Source of the DNA: a virus
Taxonomy: Duplodnaviria; Caudoviricetes
Length of the DNA stretch: 64,000 bases
IMG/VR virus record: IMGVR_UViG_3300021138_001350
Coordinates: 2,636-66,635 of that record
Strand: one strand, 5' to 3'
Position numbers and translations under genes: made by a program. A model generated the notes under the pieces. It worked only from the letters and a program-made list of their open reading frames with translations, did not search any database and had not been told where the DNA came from. Shown here piece by piece: positions 19,128-28,901 of the stretch. Position 1 is the first letter of the stretch. Each line of letters starts with the position of its first letter.

Positions 19128-19622
19128 ATGAAAAAAGTATTATTAGCATTAGTATTAGTAATGTCATTAGTTAGTTGTAAGTATGAACAACCAACTGCTG
19201 ATGAAATAGATAGACAAAAACAAGAGAAGATCTTACAAGAAGGTCAAAGACAGACTGGTATGCCAGCGATTGTTAATTACCAAGAAAAGAAGAACCTTAA
19301 AACTATTTACGAATTAAGGGATAATAACAAGTTAATTAATTACGCATATCTGTTTAACAACATGACTGGTAAATTGATCTTTATTGGTAAGTGCATTGGT
19401 TATGGTATTCCTTACGCAACGCAATATTCGAACCCACAGAAAGTATATCATGAGGGAAGTCAATATGGTTTAATCTTACCTCAAGCAGAACCAAATGGTT
19501 TATTCATGCCAGCAGATGCACGAGGAACATGGGTATTATTATTAGACAAAGACGGTCAACCTCATCCAGTGTACATTGAACCTGATGTTATAGTATCACC
19601 ATTTCCTTTAACAATTAATTAA
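19128..19622 (+). CDS. lipoprotein
   Basis: Signal peptide with LVSC lipobox; GYGIPYATQYSNP, QAEPNGLF, GTWV. Confidence 0.8.
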   Translation: MKKVLLALVLVMSLVSCKYEQPTADEIDRQKQEKILQEGQRQTGMPAIVNYQEKKNLKTIYELRDNNKLINYAYLFNNMTGKLIFIGKCIGYGIPYATQYSNPQKVYHEGSQYGLILPQAEPNGLFMPADARGTWVLLLDKDGQPHPVYIEPDVIVSPFPLTIN

Positions 19623-19633
19623 TATAAAAATAT

Positions 19634-19972
19634 ATGAAACAAGTATTTATCGGTTTAGGAATTTTAGCTGGATTTGTAATATTAATAATGGGGCTTTCGT
19701 TAGCATTTGGATGGTTCGGAGTTGGCTACACAAAAACTGTTGGTAAAGCACAACAAAATGCAGAACGTTCAGTGTTTGAAGAAACTCAATCGTATGTGGA
19801 AGGTAAACGCCAAGAAGTAACTAAGTTACGTTTTGAATATCTTAAAACAAAAGATAGAGACGAGAAAGAGGCTATTAAAGCTACGTTAAGAACTTCGTTA
19901 GCAAACTTTGATCGTTCAAAATTGGATAATGATTTAAAATCATTTTTAGATTCAACAGTTTATTCTTATTAG
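19634..19972 (+). CDS. membrane-anchored protein, likely partner of the lipoprotein
   Basis: N-terminal TM; RSVFEETQSYVEG. Confidence 0.75.
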   Translation: MKQVFIGLGILAGFVILIMGLSLAFGWFGVGYTKTVGKAQQNAERSVFEETQSYVEGKRQEVTKLRFEYLKTKDRDEKEAIKATLRTSLANFDRSKLDNDLKSFLDSTVYSY

Positions 19973-20117
19973 TATATGATACAAATACCTAATCATCTTA
20001 TGATACCTATGAAACTAATCTTAGAAACACCCAACGATTCAGAGTTGGGTGCTAAGGTTAGAGAATCTTATTGGAAAAAAATAGATAGATTAAAAAAACT
20101 TAAAGAAAAAAGAGAGC

Positions 20118-20324
20118 ATGAAAGTAACACTAATGCAAAGGGACTTCCTATATAATGTAGAAGATACTGAAAATAATACAGAATATACTGTTGCTATGAT
20201 GGAAGATATCAACATAGAATCTCAATATATGAGTTATGATATTTATGATGATGATGGTGAAATTGTAAAAGACGAAGACACAATTATTAGAATAATGTCA
20301 GCTATAGAATCAACAAGAAATTAA
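20118..20324 (+). CDS. hypothetical protein
   Basis: Acidic ORF. Confidence 0.65.
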   Translation: MKVTLMQRDFLYNVEDTENNTEYTVAMMEDINIESQYMSYDIYDDDGEIVKDEDTIIRIMSAIESTRN

Positions 20325-20335
20325 AATTAAAAATT

Positions 20336-20602
20336 ATGCCGTATTTTACTTATGATGTTTGTGAAGAAATGGAAGTATCAATTAACGATTTTTTATCTGA
20401 ATGTGGTGGTACTGAAATTGATGAACTCATTGATTGTTTGATCGAAGATGGATATATCAAAGATAGTGATCGTATATATACAGAACAAATGTCAGTATCA
20501 GAATCAGAATTTGAAGACGCATTAAATAAATTACACAAAAAATGGAATCGTTTATCAAAAGAAGACGAATTGGCCATTATAGAAATAGCAAAGAAATTTT
20601 AA
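20336..20602 (+). CDS. hypothetical protein
   Basis: ORF. Confidence 0.7.
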   Translation: MPYFTYDVCEEMEVSINDFLSECGGTEIDELIDCLIEDGYIKDSDRIYTEQMSVSESEFEDALNKLHKKWNRLSKEDELAIIEIAKKF

Positions 20603-20618
20603 ACCAAAAAATAAACCA

Positions 20619-20897
20619 ATGAAGTGCATCAAAGCAATTAAAAAGCTAAAGAACATGGAGGTAGGAACTATCGTTAGAGTAGATGATGTAGAAGCCGAAT
20701 CTAAAGTTAGAAGTGGATATTATAAGTACGTACCAAAATCTGAGTACAAAGTATCTAAACCAAAGGAAGAAATTGTTGTGAATCCTAATCATGAAGAAGA
20801 TAAAAAGCTCATTAAAATAGCTAGTGAAATATCTATACAATCTACAATGACAATTTCAGAAAAACAATTAAAACGTGGCAAAACAAAAACTAAGTAA
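20619..20897 (+). CDS. hypothetical protein
   Basis: ORF. Confidence 0.7.
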   Translation: MKCIKAIKKLKNMEVGTIVRVDDVEAESKVRSGYYKYVPKSEYKVSKPKEEIVVNPNHEEDKKLIKIASEISIQSTMTISEKQLKRGKTKTK

Positions 20898-21066
20898 GAG
20901 TGGAAAACCCGTTGGTCATCTTATTCTAGAAATAGAAGAATTGTTCGATAAAAAACCTGACGGAAGACAAAAGAAAGAAGTTTTAATTTGGAAACAATCA
21001 CTTAATCCAATAATAAAAGAAATAAACCTCTTGTCAGGTTTTAAAATGTACAATCCAATTAAATAA
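20875..21066 (+). CDS. hypothetical protein
   Basis: GTG-start overlapping ORF. Confidence 0.55.
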   Translation: MAKQKLSKSGKPVGHLILEIEELFDKKPDGRQKKEVLIWKQSLNPIIKEINLLSGFKMYNPIK

Positions 21067-21069
21067 AAA

Positions 21070-21792
21070 ATGAAAACAAAATTTAAAATTAATTTAATTC
21101 AAAAATTAAAAGCACAATTAATTATTTTCTATTACGAAAATATTTTTTCTATTTTTTCTAATCGTTTAGAAATTGAAAGACTTCAAATAAGAAGTAGTAT
21201 TAAAAATATAGATGATTGTAAACACACTAAAAGAGTAAGTGAAGCTTCTAAATTTTTACATAGTATTAAGAAAAAAAGTAAGTCAATAAATAGTTTGTCT
21301 GATTATTTAGAATCTTTACCAGACAAAGAGAAAGTTGCCAACAATCTTATGACGTTCGACGAGGACGAGCTCAGAGCGTATTGGTACCCAGAAATACCGA
21401 AGGTGAAAACTGATATATCTAAAGAGTTAGAAACTCGTCAAGTTGACGCACAAGAGGCTGCTAAAAAAATAGAACAATTAAGAAAAGATCTTGAAGATGA
21501 AGCTGCTCGTAGAAAAGAGGAAGAAGAAATAGAAGCTGCTTATTTAGAACACAAATATGAAGAACAACGTCGTGCTCATTTAATAAATGTAGTTCAATCT
21601 GTAAATGATAATCTACAAAATAGCGAATTAAAAGAAGAAGTATCTCGAGTTACAAATGAGATTTTAGAGTCTAAAAAGAAAAGCAAATCAAAAACAAAAA
21701 AACAGAATGAAAAATCTAATAGCGAACCTAAAAAGAAATCTGTTACTAAAGATAAACCCACTCCTACTAGGAAAAAAGCTAAAAAGGATTAG
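21070..21792 (+). CDS. charged coiled-coil hypothetical protein
   Basis: ORF; carries a ~75-bp segment duplicated in 31972..32370. Confidence 0.7.
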   Translation: MKTKFKINLIQKLKAQLIIFYYENIFSIFSNRLEIERLQIRSSIKNIDDCKHTKRVSEASKFLHSIKKKSKSINSLSDYLESLPDKEKVANNLMTFDEDELRAYWYPEIPKVKTDISKELETRQVDAQEAAKKIEQLRKDLEDEAARRKEEEEIEAAYLEHKYEEQRRAHLINVVQSVNDNLQNSELKEEVSRVTNEILESKKKSKSKTKKQNEKSNSEPKKKSVTKDKPTPTRKKAKKD

Positions 21793-21953
21793 AGAAGATA
21801 TATTGCATGTACATGAATGGATAGAGATCGCTGTATATTCTAATAAAGATCGTTTGTATAGACATGAAAAATATAAATGCAAAAGTTGTAATAAACAAAT
21901 GCACATTGTTAGACATTGGGATAGAATTCCTAAAATATCCATAACAGATATAT

Positions 21954-22367
21954 ATGACTCGAATAAATACGATACCTCCAAATAAATTGTGTGATTCTCA
22001 TTTGATTGCAGAATATAGAGAGATATTACGAGTATTTAAATTGGCAAAACATGATGAGAAAGCTCCTAAAGAGTTTACATTAGGGAATGGTCACGTAAAA
22101 TTTTTCTTTAATAAGTTACAATACACCCACGAAAGATTTAATTCATTAAGACAAGAGATATTAGATAGAGGATTTAAACCTAAAATGGAGTTTGATTCAG
22201 AAATTTTAGAATCTAAAAGATATTTATATAACCCATGGGAAGCAACAGAAATATCCAAAGAATTAATTCGACAAAGGATATTAGAACGAGCATTAACCAT
22301 GAAGAATATAAGATATCGAGGGGAACTAATAACATTTGATCAATACAAACAATTACTGTATGATTAG
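21954..22367 (+). CDS. denV: pyrimidine dimer DNA glycosylase / endonuclease V
   Basis: MTRIN...LCDSHLIAEYREI.R, FTLGNGHVKFFFNKL..RG: T4 DenV signature with catalytic T2 and E23. Confidence 0.93.
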   Translation: MTRINTIPPNKLCDSHLIAEYREILRVFKLAKHDEKAPKEFTLGNGHVKFFFNKLQYTHERFNSLRQEILDRGFKPKMEFDSEILESKRYLYNPWEATEISKELIRQRILERALTMKNIRYRGELITFDQYKQLLYD

Positions 22368-22596
22368 CGTAAAAAGAGAAGAACTGTACGACATTTACAT
22401 GAAACAAGTAGATGAAATATGCGAAATATTAGATTGGAAAACACAGTTTGGACCTCGAGAAATTGTAAATATAATTGCCAACATAATAGAAAAAGAATCA
22501 AGCGTTACTGTAAATAACGATTTAATAGAAGCTCAATCTAAAATCGCCAGCCTTCAAGCAAGATTGGAAAGGTGCATAGAAAAATCTTACTATTAG
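22360..22596 (+). CDS. hypothetical protein
   Basis: ORF overlapping the denV stop. Confidence 0.6.
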   Translation: MISVKREELYDIYMKQVDEICEILDWKTQFGPREIVNIIANIIEKESSVTVNNDLIEAQSKIASLQARLERCIEKSYY

Positions 22597-22749
22597 AAAT
22601 GAAAATTTTCTATACAATTTTACTATATGTAACCTCGTGGATTATGCGAGTAAGTATACGTAAAAGGTGGTGGAAAGTATCATATAAAGTAGGTGAATTT
22701 AGAAAACATAAGTTATCACCTAAATTAAGATCACTAGTAAAAAAAAGTA

Positions 22750-23067
22750 ATGAGAGAAAAAAACATTCCACTCGACAGTTATCATTATCACGAAATATTG
22801 GATAGATTAGCTATATTCACAGACATGATCGATAGCTATGTATATAAGCATCCTGTTTCAAAACATCACCCTGAGCTCTCAGATTTTATTGAGGAAGCAT
22901 TAAATAAATTAGTTGATGCATATCAAATGGTTGCAAATTTACCTGTTTTAGATGATTCTAATGACGATAAATTTAAACCTAATTATAGTCAATTTGAAGA
23001 CTCAACATTTAGTCAAATTCCACCTGAATTCTCAGAACCTACTCGCACTGATGATTTAAATATCTAA
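22750..23067 (+). CDS. hypothetical protein
   Basis: YHYHEILDR motif; ORF. Confidence 0.7.
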   Translation: MREKNIPLDSYHYHEILDRLAIFTDMIDSYVYKHPVSKHHPELSDFIEEALNKLVDAYQMVANLPVLDDSNDDKFKPNYSQFEDSTFSQIPPEFSEPTRTDDLNI

Positions 23068-23110
23068 TTAATCAAAAGATTTGTTATTTTTAATTAGAAA
23101 TTAAGAAGAT

Positions 23111-23395
23111 ATGCCCGATAACTATGAATTAGGTAAAGATCATATTAGTGTTAAATCAGCGACAATAGTACAATTAAAAGAATACTTTGTGATCAATACA
23201 TTAGATGGACCTATAGATATGATAGTTAATATTCAAACAGATTTCGAAGGTATACCAGAAGAATATCACGAAGTTTGTTTAAATGTATTAACTTCAAAAT
23301 ACTTAAATAAAGTTGATTTTTCAAATAATTCATTTTCTGATTGTAAATCAATCAAGAAAAAAAAGTGGTATCAATTTTGGAAACATTTAAAATAA
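23111..23395 (+). CDS. hypothetical protein
   Basis: C-terminal KKKKWYQFWK membrane-targeting-type tail. Confidence 0.65.
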   Translation: MPDNYELGKDHISVKSATIVQLKEYFVINTLDGPIDMIVNIQTDFEGIPEEYHEVCLNVLTSKYLNKVDFSNNSFSDCKSIKKKKWYQFWKHLK

Positions 23396-23412
23396 ATAAT
23401 AAACAATAAATT

Positions 23413-24057
23413 ATGATAAGGTTAGTAAGATTTGTAATTGTATTCGCGTTATTAACGCAAGTTACTCATGCTGCATGGGTATTTGAGAATATATCTCGAA
23501 CAAAAGGTAATCAATGGGACTTTCTTATGTCTTATGTTTTTGCTGTTAGTTTAGAAACAAGTATCTTCATCTTTACGATGGAAGCTAAAATAAGAACAGC
23601 TGTATTTTTTGCGGTTGTTTCTACATTGATTAATCTATTATACTATTGGATTCAAGTTGGATTCACATTAGAATTCTGGTCAATGGTAGTTATTTCTCCT
23701 ATTATACCTATAACTATTTACTATTACTCAGAACTAATTACAGAAGATAATAATAAAAAGGACGCAGATTTAATGCCAGAGTTAAATAATAATGATTATA
23801 TACCTGTACAAAATGTTGCACCGATTCCTCAACCAGTTGTATATGACACTACAACAGAACAAATTAAAGAAGTAGAACCAATTCTACAAACATTTGAAAA
23901 TGGAGAACCAGTGAATCCTCTTAGAGAACAAATTAAACCTCTAGCAGATTCTGCACAAGAATACAATTTTATTGATCGTATAGAACCTACCCCTCCAGGT
24001 GCATGGGGAATGCCAAAAATATCTAACAAAAAAATGGGTAAAACAAAAAATAAATAA
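23413..24057 (+). CDS. multi-TM membrane protein
   Basis: Four hydrophobic helices then a low-complexity tail. Confidence 0.75.
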   Translation: MIRLVRFVIVFALLTQVTHAAWVFENISRTKGNQWDFLMSYVFAVSLETSIFIFTMEAKIRTAVFFAVVSTLINLLYYWIQVGFTLEFWSMVVISPIIPITIYYYSELITEDNNKKDADLMPELNNNDYIPVQNVAPIPQPVVYDTTTEQIKEVEPILQTFENGEPVNPLREQIKPLADSAQEYNFIDRIEPTPPGAWGMPKISNKKMGKTKNK

Positions 24058-24066
24058 TATATAACC

Positions 24067-24420
24067 ATGGACATGTCTGTAGCACAGATCGCTCAAGTAG
24101 CGCACGAAATTAATAAAGCATTTTGTGAAAGTATCGGAGATAATAGTCAACCAAAATGGACAGATGCACCAGAATGGCAGAAATCTTCTGCAATCAAAGG
24201 AGTTGAATTTCATTTAGTCAATCCAAACGCTAGTCCTTCAGCGTCTCATGACAGCTGGTTAAAGCAAAAGCAAGCGGATGGATGGAAATACGGACCAATT
24301 AAAGACGCTGATAAGAAAGAACATCCTTGCTTCGTACCCTATGATGAGTTACCAATAGAACAAAGATCTAAAGATTTTCTCTTTAAACAAGTAGTACACA
24401 GTTTAAAAAATTACCTATAA
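24067..24420 (+). CDS. RyR domain-containing protein
   Basis: SHDSWLKQKQADGWKYGPIKDADKKEHPCFVPYDELPIEQRSKD. Confidence 0.9.
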   Translation: MDMSVAQIAQVAHEINKAFCESIGDNSQPKWTDAPEWQKSSAIKGVEFHLVNPNASPSASHDSWLKQKQADGWKYGPIKDADKKEHPCFVPYDELPIEQRSKDFLFKQVVHSLKNYL

Positions 24421-24421
24421 T

Positions 24422-24604
24422 ATGTTTCAAGTACGTAAAACCAAAGGCGAATGCAAAGATCATGTTTGGGGTTTTTTAGAAGTTACTACTGTTAGTACAA
24501 CGGGAGAAAAAAACGCTTACACATTAAAACAATGCAAGAAATGTTTTAAAATTGAAAATAAAGAAGTTAAAGACGATAAACAATTTATTAAGCATGAAAA
24601 TTAA
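24422..24604 (+). CDS. small zinc-ribbon protein
   Basis: CKDHVW...CKKC. Confidence 0.55.
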   Translation: MFQVRKTKGECKDHVWGFLEVTTVSTTGEKNAYTLKQCKKCFKIENKEVKDDKQFIKHEN

Positions 24605-24845
24605 TTACGCAGTTATATGTTTTAAAGAGTTGGACACTAATCACATGAAACTTAAGCATAAATGTCTATACGAAGAAGAGCCAGATGATATGGATCTTGC
24701 GATGTTAGTAAAAGAATTAGAAACGGATCCTTCTTTTGACATGATAGGTGATGATGATTACGAAATGATAGTATTGAGTAGAGAACGTGATGCTGAATTC
24801 ATGGATCAATTAGATATTCCAGAAGAAATACAAGATACTGTATAG
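24594..24845 (+). CDS. hypothetical protein
   Basis: Acidic ORF. Confidence 0.6.
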   Translation: MKINYAVICFKELDTNHMKLKHKCLYEEEPDDMDLAMLVKELETDPSFDMIGDDDYEMIVLSRERDAEFMDQLDIPEEIQDTV

Positions 24846-24938
24846 CATGATAACAGAAATATCACAAACAACTCTATTGTTAATATTAGTATTACTAATA
24901 ATGTTAATAATTAAGCATGATAATAAAAACAAAAAGTT

Positions 24939-25130
24939 ATGAGTCCTAAAGAAAAAGCGTTAGAATTAATAAATAAGTTTGACGGTTATACACATTATGC
25001 AGAATGGGTAGTAGATGAAATATTAGATGGATTTAGAAAATTATTACCATCTACTTGTAGGAAATACTGAGAAGAAGTTAAACAAGAAATAGAAAAGCTA
25101 AGAAGAGACTACAAAAAATTAGAAATATGA
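24939..25130 (+). pseudogene. PKEKA-family small protein interrupted by an in-frame TGA
   Basis: MSPKEKALELINKF...RKY*EEVKQEIEKL; TGA at 25068-70 sits where paralog 31683 has Trp (YWEAV). Confidence 0.65.
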
Positions 25131-25282
25131 AAAAAATAAGACAATTCTTAGAAGGCTGGTTAATGGGACTTGTTATAACAGGATCTGTATTGTATTCATT
25201 AATAGTAGTATCAACTTATTGTATTATCGTATTAGGTATTGCTTACTTAATAATGTCAATAATTAATTTAAATAAATAAGTT

Positions 25283-25894
25283 ATGAAAAAAGAAATCAAA
25301 AAAGGAAATCTAAATTACGACGGATCAGGTAGAGCATACCCCGATAATCCACAAATAAAAGAAAATTGGAATTGTATTTGGGAAAATAATGGTAAGTACT
25401 ATAAGTTAGTTGGTGATAACGAACATAAAGAATGGAGCGAAATAAATATTAATAACTTTGAACCAATATTTGAACCAACAAAAAACAGATTTATGATAGT
25501 AGAAATGCTTGGACTTCCTCCTTATGTTGTGAAGTCAATGTCCAATTTAATGAATTATGGATCCGCAGGGAACGTCGGACCAATTGGTTGGAGTCCTGTT
25601 GAATTTGAACTGTATTCTGTATCTGGTATACTAAAAAGTGAACATGAAGTTGTGTCTGCGGATTTTAATGTGGAACACAGATTAATAAACTATGTAAACA
25701 ATCATAAAGATATAGAGTTAAACATAGGAGTCAAGATCTTAGATGCCACAGGAAAAGAAGTTGTAACCATGATATTATCAGAGTGTGATTTTATACGTCT
25801 TGATCTTGGATCCAAGAATTGGAGCTCAGACGACATAACAAAGATTAAATTTATTGTTAAACCAAAGAGTGTAAGTTCTTATACAAACCTCTAA
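25283..25894 (+). CDS. tail-tube (gp19-like) domain protein with unrelated N-terminus
   Basis: FEP...NRF.V...G.P.YVVKS, WSPVEFELY, ILDATGKEV..MIL, DLG..NWSSDD. Confidence 0.55.
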   Translation: MKKEIKKGNLNYDGSGRAYPDNPQIKENWNCIWENNGKYYKLVGDNEHKEWSEININNFEPIFEPTKNRFMIVEMLGLPPYVVKSMSNLMNYGSAGNVGPIGWSPVEFELYSVSGILKSEHEVVSADFNVEHRLINYVNNHKDIELNIGVKILDATGKEVVTMILSECDFIRLDLGSKNWSSDDITKIKFIVKPKSVSSYTNL

Positions 25895-25909
25895 TAAAAT
25901 AAATAAGTT

Positions 25910-26158
25910 ATGAATATAACAGCGATGCAAATGCTGAGGAGTTTTACTTACACTTTAGAGGAAAGAATGATAACAGAAAACATAAGTCCATTTGAAGTAA
26001 TAAGACTCATATCAACAGAGATTAATTACCAACTTTTATCAGAAAGGGACCAGATCATAGAAGCTTGGGTTGATGGTAATATGTTGGGTAGAAATGGAAA
26101 TATAATAGAAGAATACGACACAGGAATCGGATACTATAAAGAAATGTATAATAAATAA
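25910..26158 (+). CDS. hypothetical protein
   Basis: TAMQ...ERDQIIEAW...YYKEMY motifs. Confidence 0.7.
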   Translation: MNITAMQMLRSFTYTLEERMITENISPFEVIRLISTEINYQLLSERDQIIEAWVDGNMLGRNGNIIEEYDTGIGYYKEMYNK

Positions 26159-26473
26159 ATGGAAGTACTATTCGTAAACACTCCGCAACAAGCTAAAGAA
26201 CAAGAAAATCCACAGATAATAAATGGTAAGTTCCATATATGGATGGTTAAATCAAGAATGTTAAAAGCAGGAGAAACCTTTCAACAATGGATAACAAGAA
26301 CAAAAGAAGATTATTATGCGCATCACCAAAAAAATATAAAGTACTTATTCATTTATGATATAATACCAATAGGAACAAACGGTGGAGGAGATCAATGGGT
26401 TAGTCCATCAAAAGATACAGAAAGTAAAGGCTCAATGATAATAAGATACGCATTTTCAGGTGAAGAAGATTAA
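26159..26473 (+). CDS. hypothetical protein
   Basis: ORF. Confidence 0.65.
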   Translation: MEVLFVNTPQQAKEQENPQIINGKFHIWMVKSRMLKAGETFQQWITRTKEDYYAHHQKNIKYLFIYDIIPIGTNGGGDQWVSPSKDTESKGSMIIRYAFSGEED

Positions 26474-26486
26474 ATAGAACTATAAT

Positions 26487-26696
26487 ATGACCTATGATAT
26501 AATATGTCCAAATTGTAATATAGAATTTGAACATGATACTGTATTTGAACCATTATCAGATGAATATCCAAATTACGGATGGTATAAAAATGGAAAGTGT
26601 CCATCATGTGAATCAGAATTCACCTTTGATTTTGATTGTGATTATGATGACGCTGTAATAGTCCCAGTATTTTTAGAACCAAAATTTAAATTATGA
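26487..26696 (+). CDS. zinc-ribbon protein
   Basis: CPNC...CPSC. Confidence 0.7.
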   Translation: MTYDIICPNCNIEFEHDTVFEPLSDEYPNYGWYKNGKCPSCESEFTFDFDCDYDDAVIVPVFLEPKFKL

Positions 26697-27661
26697 GTAA
26701 GTACAGAGAAGCATTGATGTATTCAGAGGATGAGATGAGATGTTCTTTTGATGCGGGGTATGATTATAGAACATCTTTAAATCATGATATTATAATTGAG
26801 TTTGGTAAAGATTCAGCACAAACTTTTAAAAGTTTTCTCCAATCCATTCAACCACAAACAGAAGAAGTAAATAGTATTTATTTACATAAAGATGATTTTA
26901 TAAAATTAGAAGAAGTATTACTTAATCCACCTGAACCAAATGCTAGTTTAGTTAAAGCATATAAAAGATATAAGTCATTTCAATCAGAATCAATAATGTA
27001 TACAGAGGAAGAAGTGTGTGGGTTTGCAGAGTGGTTCGCAACAGAAGATTATATCCATCGTGGTATGGAAGATGGCGAATGGTTTTATAGAGGTGTTAAG
27101 CATACTAAGGAAGAACTTTTAAGAATTTACTTAAACTCCCTTCAACCAAAGACAGAAGAACTTAAAGAAAGATTTAAACTATGTCCTAATCATCCTAATG
27201 TACTTATAAGTCAATGTGGAATATGTAATGATGATTTCCCTAAACTAGAACAACCAAAGACAGAAGAAGTAGAAAGAGGATGGACTATAACAGACAGAAC
27301 AGTAATTGATAAACAATTAGAAGCTATAAAAACTGTTATGGGTAATATTAAAACTAAAGAACAAGCAATTCAATTCCTAAAAGATTCAGGTATTGAATTA
27401 GAAGAACAACCTTCCCCATCCATAAAGAAGGAAGATAAAATATCTAAACTAACATTCGATAAAGAGATAAGTCAATGGGTAGACATTTATAGTTATGAAT
27501 TAGGATTAATAAAAGGGAAGGAAGAAGGCTACAAAGCTAATAACTCATTGGATGAATTAGAGAAGTGGGTGAGAGAAGAACGTTATCATTATGGTACTGA
27601 TATTAATTCACAAGAATTGATAAATAAACTTTACCAACTAAAAACAAAATTGCAGAACTAA
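26693..27661 (+). CDS. mosaic protein of short modules separated by QP(K/Q)TEE
   Basis: Three internal CAACCAnAnACAGAAGAA repeats; blocks shared with 28876..29439. Confidence 0.75.
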   Translation: MSKYREALMYSEDEMRCSFDAGYDYRTSLNHDIIIEFGKDSAQTFKSFLQSIQPQTEEVNSIYLHKDDFIKLEEVLLNPPEPNASLVKAYKRYKSFQSESIMYTEEEVCGFAEWFATEDYIHRGMEDGEWFYRGVKHTKEELLRIYLNSLQPKTEELKERFKLCPNHPNVLISQCGICNDDFPKLEQPKTEEVERGWTITDRTVIDKQLEAIKTVMGNIKTKEQAIQFLKDSGIELEEQPSPSIKKEDKISKLTFDKEISQWVDIYSYELGLIKGKEEGYKANNSLDELEKWVREERYHYGTDINSQELINKLYQLKTKLQN

Positions 27662-27667
27662 AAACAC

Positions 27668-27695
27668 TAAAACCGTAGACAGGATTATCTGAATA
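27668..27695 (+). promoter_or_regulatory. conserved 28-bp leader element, copy 1
   Basis: TAAAACCGTAGACAGGATTATCTGAATA; 26/28 identical to 29631-29658. Confidence 0.7.
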
Positions 27696-27704
27696 CAAAA
27701 TAAT

Positions 27705-28007
27705 ATGGAAACAAATCAGTTATTAATTGAAGCAGCAAAACCGCTAGTAATGTACCTAAGAAAAACTTATAATCCTCATGTAAAGGTTATTGTAGACCAA
27801 ACAGGAGCAGAAGTAGTTGAGGGTATATTGTCAACAGGATTAGCTTATGATGGTTCTACACCTAAGCTAAGTAAATTAGAAGATATGCAAAAATCAATGG
27901 AACTCTTTGCAACTCTAACAGAACCTGAATCATTTAAAGAGTGTGTTGACCAATTAAAATACTTTAAAAGTATTGCCACAAATTATGTAACTAAAACCCA
28001 ACAATAA
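27705..28007 (+). CDS. hypothetical protein
   Basis: EAAKPLVMYL...NPHVKVIVD..GAEVVEG. Confidence 0.7.
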   Translation: METNQLLIEAAKPLVMYLRKTYNPHVKVIVDQTGAEVVEGILSTGLAYDGSTPKLSKLEDMQKSMELFATLTEPESFKECVDQLKYFKSIATNYVTKTQQ

Positions 28008-28125
28008 TGAAAACACTTTTTGACATTTACAGAAAAAAGGCAGCAAAAGCCTTTAACTATCCATCCATCAAATTATGTTCTGATGGAGATGTAATCACCT
28101 ATTTAAAAAGCATAAATCTTTAATT

Positions 28126-28524
28126 ATGAAATTAACAGTAACAGAGGACAGGCTCCTTCAACTTGAAGGAGTCTATCTTCCAATAGTATTATTAACCGAT
28201 AAGGGAGAAAGGTTTATTATTTCAATGCGAGATGGTGGATTTGAATTTAGGTATAACGGAAAACCATACAGAGCCGTTAATGGATTGTTATCTGAAGTAA
28301 TTCCTGACCAACCTGAACAAAGTAATGAAGTAGACAACACACCTTATACAAATGCAGCAAGAGAATCATCATTATTAGAAGCTGCTCATAAGGCAGCTAA
28401 TGCAACCTTAACAGACCAAGATTTGATTGATAATCCACATTTTAAAGATGCAGGATTCAAGCAAGGTGATTCTGTTATTATCAGCGAAGGAGATGGAAGA
28501 ATTGAAGCAACAGGAGTTAATTAA
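28126..28524 (+). CDS. hypothetical protein
   Basis: ISMRDGGFEF motif; ORF. Confidence 0.7.
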   Translation: MKLTVTEDRLLQLEGVYLPIVLLTDKGERFIISMRDGGFEFRYNGKPYRAVNGLLSEVIPDQPEQSNEVDNTPYTNAARESSLLEAAHKAANATLTDQDLIDNPHFKDAGFKQGDSVIISEGDGRIEATGVN

Positions 28525-28577
28525 CCAATCAAAGCACACTATCTAATAATGGGTAGTGTGCTTACTAAAGTATTATT

Positions 28578-28901
28578 ATGAAACCATTTAAAGAAATAAT
28601 AACAGAAATAGAATCTAATGTTGAAAAGCCATTTATAACCGCAACATTTGGTGATAATTGGAAAGAACACGCTATAAAGAATTACCCACTAGAAATAATA
28701 GTTGATATAGCTTGGAAAAATGGCAGGAAAGCTATACTACTTGAAAGGGCATTGAAAGATTATACCAATGAACCATTTTTTGTTGAACAAGCAAAATTTG
28801 CTAAAGATATAACTTCAAAATATAGTTATCCCGAAGAACTTGATTCATCAAGATATATCCCAACTACCGAAAGTAATGAGGGATGTAATGCAGTCTTATA
28901 G
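28578..28901 (+). CDS. hypothetical protein
   Basis: ORF. Confidence 0.65.
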   Translation: MKPFKEIITEIESNVEKPFITATFGDNWKEHAIKNYPLEIIVDIAWKNGRKAILLERALKDYTNEPFFVEQAKFAKDITSKYSYPEELDSSRYIPTTESNEGCNAVL

